Shown here one piece after another: positions 17,922 through 27,398 of a DNA stretch of 64,000 nucleotides (the first letter of the stretch is position 1; every line of letters starts with the position of its first letter). Below the pieces are notes generated by a model. It was given only the letters and a program-made list of their open reading frames with translations. It made no database searches and was not told the origin of the DNA. The stretch comes from Terracidiphilus sp. (GTDB taxonomy: Bacteria; Acidobacteriota; Terriglobia; Terriglobales; Acidobacteriaceae), in assembly GCA_050013735.1 (NCBI GenBank), contig JBEKEQ010000002.1, positions 11,834-75,833 of the forward strand. The letters run 5' to 3'. A program made the position numbers and the translations under genes.

Positions 17922-19871
17922 TCAGGCGATTACGGCAGAAGGCATGCGCTCGACGGTCAAAACGGTGATGTCGTCTTCCTGGCCGAAGGCCTGCGCCGCG
18001 GCGGCGATGTCGTGCGCGGAATGCGCGCTGATGGAGCGAGTGCGTTCGAACCCAAAGAGCTGATGTTGCGCATTCATAGCTTCCACAACCCCATCGGAAA
18101 GCATCGTAAGCGTGTCGCCGGGCCCAAGCTGCAAGACGGCCTCGGAATACTCTGCGTCAGCGGCAAGACCAAGCGGCAGGCCTGATTCGAGTTCAATTTC
18201 CTCGCCGCGCCAATAAGGCGAGATATGACCGGCATTCGCCATTGCGACGGACCCTTGCGAAGAGATGCGAAGACAGAGACAGGTGATGAAGCCACTTTCT
18301 TGTGTGGCGAGCATCTGGCGGTTGAGGCGCGTGAGCAATGGTCCCGGCGGAAGATTTTCGGCGGCGAGGGTGCGCAGCGCGCCAATGGCCAAGGCCCCGG
18401 TCATGGCGGCCTTGAGGCCCTTGCCGCTGACGTCGCCAACCACGATCAGTGTGAATCTATCCTGTTGTGCGATGACCTGGTAGAAATCTCCGCCGACTTC
18501 CTGCGCGGGCAGATAGGCTGCTTCCAGGTGGAAGCCGGCGAGCTCGGGAAGCGATGGAGGCACGAGGCGCTGCTGAATTTCGCGGGCTGCACCCAGTTCC
18601 GCGGCTGCGCGTGCCTGTTCGCGGCTGACGCGCGTGAAGCGGAAAAACATGACCACCCCGATGGCCAGCAGAAAGGCCAGGTCACTGAGATCTTGGGGAT
18701 AGAAAGAAATGGGCCCGATGTTGACAGATTTATTCAGGAAATCGGCGAAGTGCAATCCGAAAAGGATCGACATGGTTCCGAAGTCGTAGAGAGACGCAAC
18801 CGCGGCAGGAAAGATACTGGGCAAGATCAACCATCCCGCCTCGCGGTTTCCCCGCCGGTACCAGACAAGAAGCAGCACGGGGAGCATGACGGCTGTAGGA
18901 AGAAACGCCGCGGCCTCGACGATGACGTAAATCCGCCCGGCGAGCAGGCCCAGCCAAGTGGGCCAGATCAATAGCATCGGACTCAGGAGAAGAAGCTCGT
19001 AAGTCCGCACGGCGCGCCCCACGCGCTGCCCGCCAAATGAGAAAGTGAACTCGATTTGCGCGAGGGTGAATAAGTAGAACATGGGATCGCTGAGGAGGAA
19101 GTTCCAGGAGAGCGCCAGCAAGCCCGCGTGCTGACCGGCGAACAGAAGGTTCGCGGTTCCCAGAAAAAAAAGGTAGAGCCCCAGCCACCGGTATTCCATG
19201 TGCGCGGGTTGGCTGCGCTGGAGAGCAAATGCGGCAATGCCGGCGAGCATAAGCAACAAATTGATGGCGATGCTGGGCAGCGCGGGATAGAGCCGTGAGC
19301 TTTCCAGAGCGAGGCGCTCGTTTTCAACGGCATCGGGCGTACCGATGGACGCCGTCATGAATTGGGGCAGGTTCCAATTGGCGTAGTTGGACGGCACGTG
19401 GGTGCGCAAGGCGATTGCAAGGTCAGTCCCTGGAACATCAAGCGGGATGACGCGTTCCGTTGGACGGCTAGCGTGGAAGCTGGACTGCAGTTCGGGGCCG
19501 GAAACCTGCGCGCCGTTGATGAAGAGCGCATAGGTTCCAGGGGCGCCCTCGATGAGCAGCGAAAGATCGGGATGATCCTCATGGAGCTTGACGCGGAGCC
19601 GGAACCAGCGCCAGCCGGGGCGAGAAGCTCCAAGATCGTCGAGCCGCACGGTTTCCCACGCGGAGTCGTCGAAGGCCGGTGCGGCCCAGGACAAATTGTC
19701 TCCATCATGAACGCACCAGCCTCGGTCGATGTCGCTGATCCAGTCCTGCGCGTGGGCGCGATCGATGATGAACAGGTCAGTAGAGGCCTCTGAAGGTGCG
19801 GCAGGTTGGGCATAGAGCAATCCGCAGAGGAGCGGCGCGAGCAGCAGGTAAAGAATGGAGATCTTTTTCAT
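17922..19871 (-). CDS. 7TM-DISM-type sensor fused to a PP2C/SpoIIE-family serine phosphatase
   Basis: A signal peptide is followed by an extracellular DISMED2-like domain (..DDSAWETV..), about 7 TM helices, and a C-terminal PP2C domain (..GGDFYQV.., ..VGDVSGKGLKAAM.., ..LSDGVVEA..). Confidence 0.8.
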   Translation of the reverse strand: MKKISILYLLLAPLLCGLLYAQPAAPSEASTDLFIIDRAHAQDWISDIDRGWCVHDGDNLSWAAPAFDDSAWETVRLDDLGASRPGWRWFRLRVKLHEDHPDLSLLIEGAPGTYALFINGAQVSGPELQSSFHASRPTERVIPLDVPGTDLAIALRTHVPSNYANWNLPQFMTASIGTPDAVENERLALESSRLYPALPSIAINLLLMLAGIAAFALQRSQPAHMEYRWLGLYLFFLGTANLLFAGQHAGLLALSWNFLLSDPMFYLFTLAQIEFTFSFGGQRVGRAVRTYELLLLSPMLLIWPTWLGLLAGRIYVIVEAAAFLPTAVMLPVLLLVWYRRGNREAGWLILPSIFPAAVASLYDFGTMSILFGLHFADFLNKSVNIGPISFYPQDLSDLAFLLAIGVVMFFRFTRVSREQARAAAELGAAREIQQRLVPPSLPELAGFHLEAAYLPAQEVGGDFYQVIAQQDRFTLIVVGDVSGKGLKAAMTGALAIGALRTLAAENLPPGPLLTRLNRQMLATQESGFITCLCLRISSQGSVAMANAGHISPYWRGEEIELESGLPLGLAADAEYSEAVLQLGPGDTLTMLSDGVVEAMNAQHQLFGFERTRSISAHSAHDIAAAAQAFGQEDDITVLTVERMPSAVIA

Positions 19872-20002
19872 GCGGTGGTCGGGGAACGGGGAAGCCTTCG
19901 CAACCTATAGCATGATCGCCCGCTCCGCCGGAAGCAAATATGCCAAATCTCTGCGGACCTGCTTCGGCGAGGGTGCGGCCGCGATTGAAAAACTTGGCGG
20001 TG

Positions 20003-20983
20003 CTATCGAGTCAGCACGCCGGCCTGGAAAAAGTGCATCAGAGAGCTTTCGTAGAACGGCACAGGGGTGAAGGTCAGCAGAAAGATGATCATGCCGATTG
20101 CGCCGAGGATGAGCCGGCCGCGATCCAGATCGGGCAAGAGTGGAACCCTGGGGTGGCGCATGGCGGGAATAAGAAGGAACAGGCCCCAGAATATCCATCC
20201 CACCCAGTAGAGTGCTCCGGCAATGAAAAGCAGGAAGGGCAGCAGAATGGTGGCGGCGCGGTGCAGGCGGGGAGAGATGGCATAGAGGATATGGCCGCCG
20301 TCCAACTGCCCGCCAGGGATGAGATTCAGCGAGGTGATGAAGATCCCGATCCAACCGGCGATGAGCAGCGGATGAGGCGTGAGCCGGTCAAACGATGGGA
20401 GACCCGGATTCCCTTGTGCGAGCAGCGCGTGGACCAGCCTGAGGGTGAGCGGTTCGCCGCCAAAACGAACAATAGCGAGAGACGCTCCGGCTGGAACGGG
20501 GTGGCTGAGGAGAAAACCGGCGGCCACGGCCAGAACCGATGCCACGTATCCGGCCAGCGGGCCATAGATGCCCACATCCATAAGCGCGTTGCGGGTGGGA
20601 ATGCGGGAGCGGATCTTGATCACCGCGCCAGCCGTGCCGCTGAGCGTGGGAGCGGGGATCACCCAGGGCAGTGTAGCCCAAATCCGGTGCCGGCGGCAGG
20701 CGAAGTAGTGTCCGAACTCGTGCACCAGCAAAATGCCCAGCAGGGGCACGGAGAAGACCCACCCCGTCCTGAAGAGCTGAGGATGGCGGGCTAACCAGCC
20801 CCATGGCCACAGGTCAGCGTCGCGAGAGACCGGGGGCAATCCCAGGGCGAAATTGTGCATGAAACGGGCGCCGTTGGCGGTGGTGGTGACCGCGCTGGCT
20901 ACCAGGAGCAGAAGAGGCAAGCCATAGTTTCTGAAAATTAAGCGCACCGGAGTCCTCGACCTGGGCTGCAGGGTGGGATGCAT
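20003..20983 (-). CDS. Site-2 protease family (peptidase M50) membrane metalloprotease
   Basis: It is polytopic with an HExxH motif in a TM helix (LLVHEFGHYFACRRH). A downstream ..NLIPGGQLDGGHI.. motif is also present. Confidence 0.8.
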   Translation of the reverse strand: MHPTLQPRSRTPVRLIFRNYGLPLLLLVASAVTTTANGARFMHNFALGLPPVSRDADLWPWGWLARHPQLFRTGWVFSVPLLGILLVHEFGHYFACRRHRIWATLPWVIPAPTLSGTAGAVIKIRSRIPTRNALMDVGIYGPLAGYVASVLAVAAGFLLSHPVPAGASLAIVRFGGEPLTLRLVHALLAQGNPGLPSFDRLTPHPLLIAGWIGIFITSLNLIPGGQLDGGHILYAISPRLHRAATILLPFLLFIAGALYWVGWIFWGLFLLIPAMRHPRVPLLPDLDRGRLILGAIGMIIFLLTFTPVPFYESSLMHFFQAGVLTR

Positions 20984-21087
20984 CCCTGGGGCCCGATGCG
21001 TGCGTGGGGCGGGCGAAACGCAGGCCGTTCCACGCCGCCTGTTGTGCTTTGCGCGACGGAGGTGCGGTTAGGTTTGCCGTTTAGCCG

Positions 21088-21378
21088 CTAGGTTCGCGGG
21101 GCTGGGCCACTGTCGAGCGAGTGAAGTTCCTTGCCGGGCTTGAAGCGGACAGCTTTTCCCGGGGTTATGCTGACTTCGGTGCCGGTGCGGGGATTGCGGC
21201 CGATACCGGTTTTGCGGGCGCGGACGCTGAACACTCCAAATCCGCGCAATTCGATGCGTTCACCGGCGGTGAGGGCCTGCTTGAGTCCCTCGAAGACGGT
21301 ATCCACCGCAGCCTCTGCCTTGGTACGCGGCAGGCCCGTACGCTCGATAACATGATGGACGATGTCCTGCTTAATCAA
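21088..21378 (-). CDS. Integration host factor / HU-family DNA-binding protein
   Basis: The sequence ..ERIELRGFGVFSVRARKTGIGRNPRTGTEVSITPGKAVRFKPGKEL is the classic IHF/HU arm. The start is TTG at 21378. Confidence 0.85.
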   Translation of the reverse strand: MIKQDIVHHVIERTGLPRTKAEAAVDTVFEGLKQALTAGERIELRGFGVFSVRARKTGIGRNPRTGTEVSITPGKAVRFKPGKELHSLDSGPAPRT

Positions 21379-21658
21379 AGGGGTAACCTCGCTGACGCGA
21401 CTGGAATGACTGTACTACGACCTGCCATGTGGATGCTACAGGATTTGTAAGGGTTGTCGAACAACCGCCGCGGTTTTCTGCTGAGGAAAAACAGTCTGCC
21501 ACTGCGGGCTCTGACGTTTCACACTTTCGGGAGGGCAATATTTCGCGATTTTCCCATTGTCAATTGCAAGCGTCCTTTCGTAAGATTGGAAATTCAGGTC
21601 TGAGCCGAGGCAAACAAGTTTTTCCGGACGGTTAAGCAAAATCCGGAGTGGGAGAGGC

Positions 21659-22213
21659 ATGTCGATTCAGAGTGACCGTTGGATCCGGGAGCAAGCTGTC
21701 AATCACCGCATGATCGAGCCTTTCAGCGAGAAACAGGTGCGCGAAGGCGTCATATCCTATGGTCTTTCTTCGTATGGCTATGACCTCAGGGTCTCAGACG
21801 AATTTAAAATTTTTACCAATGTGAACAGCGCCATTATCGATCCCAAGGCCTTTGACGAGCGGTCTTTTGTCTCTGTTCAGGCCCCTTCGGTCATTGTGCC
21901 GCCCAATTCGTTCGCATTGGCCCGATCCATCGAATACTTTCGCATTCCCAGGGATGTACTTACGATCTGCGTTGGAAAGTCGACCTATGCGCGTTGCGGA
22001 ATCATCGTGAACGTGACGCCATTCGAGCCGGAGTGGGAGGGATTTGTGACCCTCGAGATTTCAAACGCCACCCCGCTACCGGCCAAGGTTTATGCCAACG
22101 AAGGGCTGTGCCAGATTCTATTCTTCCGCGGTGAGCAAGCCTGCGAGGTCAGCTATGCCGACCGCAAGGGCAAATATCAAAAGCAACAGGGCATTGTGCT
22201 TCCAAAGCTCTAG
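21659..22213 (+). CDS. dcd: dCTP deaminase
   Basis: It shows [12 protein letters not shown].., ..SYGYDLRV.. and ..[10 protein letters not shown].., and is 184 aa long. GGAGAGG precedes the ATG. Confidence 0.9.
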   Translation: MSIQSDRWIREQAVNHRMIEPFSEKQVREGVISYGLSSYGYDLRVSDEFKIFTNVNSAIIDPKAFDERSFVSVQAPSVIVPPNSFALARSIEYFRIPRDVLTICVGKSTYARCGIIVNVTPFEPEWEGFVTLEISNATPLPAKVYANEGLCQILFFRGEQACEVSYADRKGKYQKQQGIVLPKL

Positions 22214-22342
22214 GGCCTTATGGACATAAGCCGGGACGAAGTGGATCGAGAGATAACGGGACTCGTGCGGCGATGGAGAGTCGCGCGCGGTCCGCGAGTG
22301 GCGCAGTTCATAGCCCTCCGATTTAAGAACGGGTAAAGCAAC

Positions 22343-23050
22343 ATGTCAATCAATCGCATTCCTGCACCAATCCGGATCGGATTGGTTTCAGGGGAACCTA
22401 TCCGGCTTGCCGGACTCTTTAGCATTTGTGACCAGCCTGCCCTGGAGGGCCGAGCCCAGTTGATCCCTCTCACGGGGAGCTTCGATGAGCTGTTAGACGG
22501 CTCGGCGCTGGATTACCTGGTCTTGGATTTGAGCGCCGCGCCGGGAAGGCGCGAGAAACTCAACTTTGTTTCCCGCGCGCGTCCGAGCGTCCGCCTTATG
22601 GTCATTGGGCCGGAGGGCGACGACGAGTTGGCCATGGAGGCGATTATTGCCGGGGCGCGGGCTTACCTGGACTGGACTGCGGATCCCGGCGCTGTTCGCC
22701 AGGCCATTGAAGTGGTCGCGGGCGGTTCCATCTGGGCGCCACGCAGGCTTCTTTCCAAGCTGATTGACCGGCTGCTCAAGGTTCCGGATGGCAGCCTTAC
22801 AAACGGCCGTCCACACCTGACCGACCGCGAACGCGAAGTACTGGAACTGATACTGTTGGCCCGCTCGAATCGCGAGATCGCCCACCAATTAGGCATCGAG
22901 GAGCGCACCGTCAAAGCGCACGTAGGACGCTTGATGCGCAAGACGGGGGCGGAAAACCGGATTGAACTTTCCATGCGAGCGCTGCATTTGCCGATAGCCG
23001 GAAGGGAAATGCGGAAAGCATCGGCGGGGGACCTGGCAGTTTACCAATAA
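22343..23050 (+). CDS. LuxR/FixJ-family transcriptional regulator with a degenerate (pseudo-)receiver domain
   Basis: The C-terminal HTH is LTDREREVLELILLARSNREIAHQLGIEERTVKAHVGRLMRKTG. The N-terminal domain is CheY-like but lacks the acidic pair and the conserved Thr/Ser and Lys. Confidence 0.8.
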   Translation: MSINRIPAPIRIGLVSGEPIRLAGLFSICDQPALEGRAQLIPLTGSFDELLDGSALDYLVLDLSAAPGRREKLNFVSRARPSVRLMVIGPEGDDELAMEAIIAGARAYLDWTADPGAVRQAIEVVAGGSIWAPRRLLSKLIDRLLKVPDGSLTNGRPHLTDREREVLELILLARSNREIAHQLGIEERTVKAHVGRLMRKTGAENRIELSMRALHLPIAGREMRKASAGDLAVYQ

Positions 23051-23153
23051 GTAAATTTTCGCCGGTTACTTTTATCCACACTCCCTTAGTACTCTTGCGT
23101 CATTTCCTAGTTTTCCACAAACTTGTTAGTAGAAACAACGCAGATCTGGGGAA

Positions 23154-23206
23154 AGGAGTTCCCAAGCAGCATGTTTTCCATGATGCCTGGGAACTCCTCT
23201 TTTTTC
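23154..23206 (+). terminator. Long hairpin followed by a T-run (intrinsic terminator, or the 3' end of a small RNA)
   Basis: AGGAGTTCCCA (23154-23164) pairs perfectly with TGGGAACTCCT (23188-23198). The loop can pair further (GCAGCATG/CATGATGC). The hairpin is followed by CTTTTTTCTTATTT. Confidence 0.55.
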
Positions 23207-23524
23207 TTATTTGGGCAATCTCCACCAGTGAATGCTTTCTCCCGGCCCTCCTTCACCCCTCCCCAAAGCTCCTTTCGTGCGTCGAAAAACTAGGAGCGAT
23301 CGAGTCGTTTTTTCCACTCGCGATACGCCCGTCCATGCGGTACGCTGATGCAGTAAGCTCCCGGGCGAAATCACCGGGGAAGGTTACGCAATCCCTCAGT
23401 GGCAATGACTGCGGCAATTTTTTCCCCGACTGCCGCGCGCCGACATCGATTCAGTCGAATGAAGTTTCTTGAAGGACGCAGACCTCCACGGCCGGAAGCG
23501 CCGCGGGACGGAAAGGACACGGAT

Positions 23525-24211
23525 ATGAAAAAGACGATTGTTTCCATCTGCCTCTGTTTCGTTACGGCCTCGGCGGCAGCAGCCTCCACGCGAGACGACC
23601 TGCAGGCCCGCATCGACGCGGCCAAGACCGTCATGGACCAGATTATGAATGCCCAGGACAAGAGCATTCCGCTTAACATACTTCAGCAGGCCACGTGCGT
23701 GGGAGTGGTGCCGGGCATGATCAAGGGGGCTTTCGTGTTTGGCGCGCAGTATGGCCAGGGGGTGGTTACCTGCCGCACCGGCCACGGCTGGAGCGCGCCG
23801 GTATTTATTCGTATGGCAGGAGGCTCGTTCGGCTTCCAAATCGGAGGCCAGTCCACTGACCTGGTTCTAGTCGCGGTCAACGATCGCGGATTCCAGGATC
23901 TGCTCAAGAGCAAATTCAAAATTGGCGGCGACGCCTCCGCAGCGGCGGGCCCCGTGGGCCGCAATACCCAGGCCGCGACGGATTGGAAGATGAATGCCGA
24001 ATTGCTCACTTATTCGCGCGCCAAGGGGCTTTTTGCCGGAATCGACCTTGATGGAACCAGCGTGAGCCAGAACTCAGAGGACACGGAGCTTTATTTCGGC
24101 CAGCCGCACAGTTTCGAGTCGGTTTTGAAGGGCGGCGTAGCGGTTCCACCGGGAGCGGTCCCGTTCGTGCGGGGCGTGGCGCACTACTTTGTTCGGGCGA
24201 AACAACAGTAG
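23525..24211 (+). CDS. SYLF (Ysc84/DUF500) lipid-binding domain protein, exported
   Basis: The signal peptide is MKKTIVSICLCFVTASAAAAS. It shows ..GGSFGFQIGGQSTDLVLV.., ..GGDASAAAGPVGRN.. and ..YSRAKGLFAGIDLDG... Confidence 0.8.
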   Translation: MKKTIVSICLCFVTASAAAASTRDDLQARIDAAKTVMDQIMNAQDKSIPLNILQQATCVGVVPGMIKGAFVFGAQYGQGVVTCRTGHGWSAPVFIRMAGGSFGFQIGGQSTDLVLVAVNDRGFQDLLKSKFKIGGDASAAAGPVGRNTQAATDWKMNAELLTYSRAKGLFAGIDLDGTSVSQNSEDTELYFGQPHSFESVLKGGVAVPPGAVPFVRGVAHYFVRAKQQ

Positions 24212-24259
24212 GGGGAGCAGGGTCCTACCAGGCCTGATCGCCGCGCCGTTCAGGCCATT

Positions 24260-26926
24260 TCACTCCTCGCGCAGCAGGATCAGCGGATTGACCGAGAGCG
24301 CGCGCTGGGCCGGAACCCAGGTGGCAAAAAGGCCCAGCAGCAGCATCACCAGCACAACCCCCGCAAGGACAAGTGGATCGCGGGAAGTGGCCGTGTAGAC
24401 AATGTGGGCCAAAACGCGGCTAGCCAGGATTCCCAGCCCCAATCCGGCGGCAGAACCCACGGCCAGCAACTTCAACGGGCGGCTCAGCGCTGCCTGCAAC
24501 ACTTCTTTGCGGCGCGCGCCGAGAGCGATGCGGATTCCCAGCTCACGCAGCCGTTTGCTCACCGAGTACGCAGCCAGGCCGAAAATTCCAGTGATAGCCA
24601 GCATGGCGCCCATTCCGCCCAGCACGCCCAGCGCCGTGGTGGCCACGCGAGGAGCAAAGAGCGCCAGGTCGAGTCCGTCAGTCCAGGTCTGGATATTCAG
24701 GAACAGGCCGTCGTCGAGAGCACGCAGCGTTTCGCGGAGGACGGGCGCCAGTTGCGCCGGATCGCGATCGGAGCGGACCACCAGCGTCGACATGGCGCCA
24801 GGCGATTGCAACAATGGCTCAAACATAGCCGGGCGCGGATCTTCAGTGAGCGTAAAATACTTCCCGTCTTCCACAACGCCAACTACCTGCACGCGCGACC
24901 CACCCTCCCTTTTGAAATATCCGCCAATAGCGCCGGAAACTGAGCCAAAGACCGTGCGCGCAAAGACCTGGTTCACCACGGCCACGCGAGGCGCGTCTTT
25001 GCCGTCCTGCCAGGAGACATCCCTACCCTGCAGCAGCGATGTGCCGGCGGCATGGAAATAATCGGGAGAGATGCGGTAGACGGCGACGTTGGCCGCCGCA
25101 TTCGCCGGCTTGATGTCCGCCGTCTGGTTGGTAAACACATTCGCCGTTGAGCTCCCCCCGCCCAGCGGAGTTTGGCTGACCAGTCCCGCAAACTTCACGC
25201 CGGGGATGGCCTGAAGAGCCTCAATCATGCGCCGCTGCATGGCGGTTGCGCGGTCGCCGGAGTAGCCGGCCATGGTCAGGTCCGCATCCGCGAGCATGGT
25301 GTTTTGAGGATCGAACCCGAAATTGCTGTGCATGGAGCGCATGAGGCCGCGAAAGGCAACCAGCGAAGAGGTGACCAGCACGCCGCAGATGGCGATCTGC
25401 ACCACCAGCAGAATATCGCGAAGCGTGATTCGCCGGCCGGTGTTGCCGGCAATGATTCCGGTTGAGCCCGACTTGACCACCTCATAGGGATTGATGCGCA
25501 GTATCTGGCGGACGGGGATGGCGCCAAACAGGAATCCGCTGGCCAACGCCAGAAATAGGGCGACCAGGTAGACACGCGCATCTGGATTTACAGGAAGGCT
25601 CATGGGGAACTGCGGAATTGGCCGCCACACGCTCAACCGGCGCAACAGCGCCATGCTGCCCAGTAGCCCGGCGGCTCCTCCAAGCAGCGAAATGAGGATG
25701 GCCTCGGTGAAAACGCCGCGGAGAATGCGCCGCCGGCTGGATCCAAGGGCAAGGCGCAATGCCACTTCACGGGAACGATCAGCGGCGCGTGCGGAAAAAA
25801 GGCTGCCGAGGTTGGCGCATGCGGCCAGCAAAATAAGGCCCGCCAACAGCATCATTCCGGTCATAAATCCCTTTACACCGGGGCCGAGCAGGTCGCCGGC
25901 AAGTCCGGGGCGCGCCAGGGTGTAGGTCATAAAGGCATCGTCTTTGGGGTAGTTCTTTTCAAGGTACGAGCCCACCGAGTTCAAGTCGCCCATGGCCTGC
26001 GCCGGAGTGACGCCCGGCTTGGTGTGGCCCAGAACCATGAAGATGTTGCGCTGTCCGCGATCGTCGAGGACGCTGCGCCCCTGTACCTGTTCCTCGTTCA
26101 CCATCGGCACCCAGAAGTCGGGATAGAAGAACAGCAATGTCCCGCTGAACTCGGGCGGAGCTACGCCGAGGACGGTGAAGGGATGCTTGTTGATTAAGAC
26201 GACACGGCCCACCACGCCGCGATCGTCTTGAAAATGGCTGTGCCAATAGGCGTTGGAGAGCACCAGGTAGGGAGCGCTGTTGGGGCCATGCTCATCGGCT
26301 GTGTGAAAAAAGCGGCCCAGGAACGGCTGAATTTCCATGGCGTCGAAATAATTCCCCGTAACTTCGTAGCACCAGGAATGCGATGGATTGTGGCCGGTGT
26401 CGAATCCAACGTCGGTGAGGATGTAGGCGGTGAGGCCGGTGAAGGTGCGGCTGCGGTCGCGGAGATCGAGATAGTCAGGGTACGAAGTGGCCTGTTCCTT
26501 TTCCGCTCCACGTTCAACCGTGAACAGGCTCTCGGAGTGAGGCACATTCAGTGGGCGAATGATAAGCGCGTTCAACACGGCAAAGACCACTGCGTTTGCG
26601 CCAATGGCCAGAGCCAGGGTAAGAACGGCGGCGAGGGTGAACCCGGGCGACTTGCGCAGGACGCGAAGGCTGTAACGGACGTCCTGGAGAAAAGTCGGAA
26701 TAAAATTTCCGCCCAGACCCTGATGGATTTCTTCCTTGTACTTTTCGCGGCCGCCGAATTCCACGCGGGCGCGGCGTTCAGCTTCGGCGCGCGGCAGGCC
26801 TGTGCGTTCCAGATCGTCGGCGCGGTGCTCAATGTGAGAGCGAAGTTCCTCGTCCAGTTCGGCGCGCAATTTGGAGCGCTGGAAGAAAGAAGCGATGCGG
26901 AAGCCAAGGGACTGAAAGAGATTCAT
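24260..26926 (-). CDS. ADOP-family duplicated ABC permease (MacB-like periplasmic domain plus FtsX, twice)
   Basis: The N-terminus MNLFQSLGFRIASFFQRSKLRAELDEELRSHIEH.. is typical of Acidobacterial duplicated orphan permeases, with two MacB/FtsX modules. ATG at 26926 overlaps the PadR stop (ATGA). Confidence 0.85.
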   Translation of the reverse strand: MNLFQSLGFRIASFFQRSKLRAELDEELRSHIEHRADDLERTGLPRAEAERRARVEFGGREKYKEEIHQGLGGNFIPTFLQDVRYSLRVLRKSPGFTLAAVLTLALAIGANAVVFAVLNALIIRPLNVPHSESLFTVERGAEKEQATSYPDYLDLRDRSRTFTGLTAYILTDVGFDTGHNPSHSWCYEVTGNYFDAMEIQPFLGRFFHTADEHGPNSAPYLVLSNAYWHSHFQDDRGVVGRVVLINKHPFTVLGVAPPEFSGTLLFFYPDFWVPMVNEEQVQGRSVLDDRGQRNIFMVLGHTKPGVTPAQAMGDLNSVGSYLEKNYPKDDAFMTYTLARPGLAGDLLGPGVKGFMTGMMLLAGLILLAACANLGSLFSARAADRSREVALRLALGSSRRRILRGVFTEAILISLLGGAAGLLGSMALLRRLSVWRPIPQFPMSLPVNPDARVYLVALFLALASGFLFGAIPVRQILRINPYEVVKSGSTGIIAGNTGRRITLRDILLVVQIAICGVLVTSSLVAFRGLMRSMHSNFGFDPQNTMLADADLTMAGYSGDRATAMQRRMIEALQAIPGVKFAGLVSQTPLGGGSSTANVFTNQTADIKPANAAANVAVYRISPDYFHAAGTSLLQGRDVSWQDGKDAPRVAVVNQVFARTVFGSVSGAIGGYFKREGGSRVQVVGVVEDGKYFTLTEDPRPAMFEPLLQSPGAMSTLVVRSDRDPAQLAPVLRETLRALDDGLFLNIQTWTDGLDLALFAPRVATTALGVLGGMGAMLAITGIFGLAAYSVSKRLRELGIRIALGARRKEVLQAALSRPLKLLAVGSAAGLGLGILASRVLAHIVYTATSRDPLVLAGVVLVMLLLGLFATWVPAQRALSVNPLILLREE

Positions 26927-27264
26927 ATTTCCTCCGGTTGGGGAGAGAGCGCGGAAGTGATGGCGGCGGCGAGGCGGTTCCAGCTTTCGGTCTCCTGACG
27001 GAGACGCTTGCGGCCGGCGGCGGTGAGCGCGTAGAACTTGGCGCGGCGATTGTTGTCCGACGTGCCCCAACTGGCCTTGAGCAGCCCCTGGCGCACGAGG
27101 CGGAAGAGGCCGGGATAAAGCGCGCCCTGCTCGATGAGCAGAGCGTTGTCAGAGATTTGGCCGATGCGGAGCAGGATTCCGTAGCCGTGGAGAGGGCCCA
27201 GCGAGACAGCGCGGAGGATAAGCAGATCGAGAGTGCCGGGAAGAAGCTGTGCCTGATCGTTCAC
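26923..27264 (-). CDS. PadR family transcriptional regulator
   Basis: ..GTLDLLILRAVSLGPLHGYGILLRI..GALYPGLFRLVRQGLL.. is PadR-like. It is translationally coupled to the ADOP permease. The start is GTG. Confidence 0.9.
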   Translation of the reverse strand: MNDQAQLLPGTLDLLILRAVSLGPLHGYGILLRIGQISDNALLIEQGALYPGLFRLVRQGLLKASWGTSDNNRRAKFYALTAAGRKRLRQETESWNRLAAAITSALSPQPEEI

Positions 27265-27269
27265 AAGGA

Positions 27270-27311
27270 CTCCTAAGCTGATTAGGAGACTATCCTCTCT
27301 CTCCTAAGCTG
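27270..27311 (-). promoter_or_regulatory. Repeat/hairpin in the PadR leader. Read on the minus strand, an 11-nt direct repeat CAGCTTAGGAG occurs twice, and a 7-bp inverted repeat CTCCTAA-N5-TTAGGAG includes the Shine-Dalgarno sequence
   Basis: The plus strand reads CTCCTAAGCTGATTAGGAG at 27270-27288 and CTCCTAAGCTG at 27301-27311. On the minus strand the AGGAG lies 5 nt upstream of the GTG start. This is a candidate operator or an SD-sequestering hairpin. Confidence 0.35.
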
Positions 27312-27398
27312 TCAAGGGGAGTACGAAGGCGGAGGCAAAAAAGTTCAATGGTCGCGTTCTACGGGCGCGTACGGCTAAACTGTTATTTGCCTTCAACG

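Noticed and set aside
19940-20794. A 284-aa plus-strand ORF overlapping the M50 protease gene.
   Set aside because: The minus-strand frame has the HEFGH metalloprotease motif within TM helices. The plus-strand frame is a charged low-complexity shadow ORF.
21440-21658. A GCCACTG-containing segment upstream of dcd considered as a cobalamin riboswitch; also the small palindrome GGTTGTCGAACAACC at 21452-21466.
   Set aside because: Only the short GCCACTG string matches. There is no B12 box or the surrounding conserved helices, and dcd is not a B12-related gene. The palindrome is too short to interpret.
23095-23472. A 125-aa plus-strand ORF in the gap between the LuxR gene and the SYLF gene.
   Set aside because: It runs straight through the strong terminator hairpin and an AT-richer region. 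It has no RBS and its peptide looks atypical. It also overlaps the extended (non-preferred) start of the SYLF ORF.
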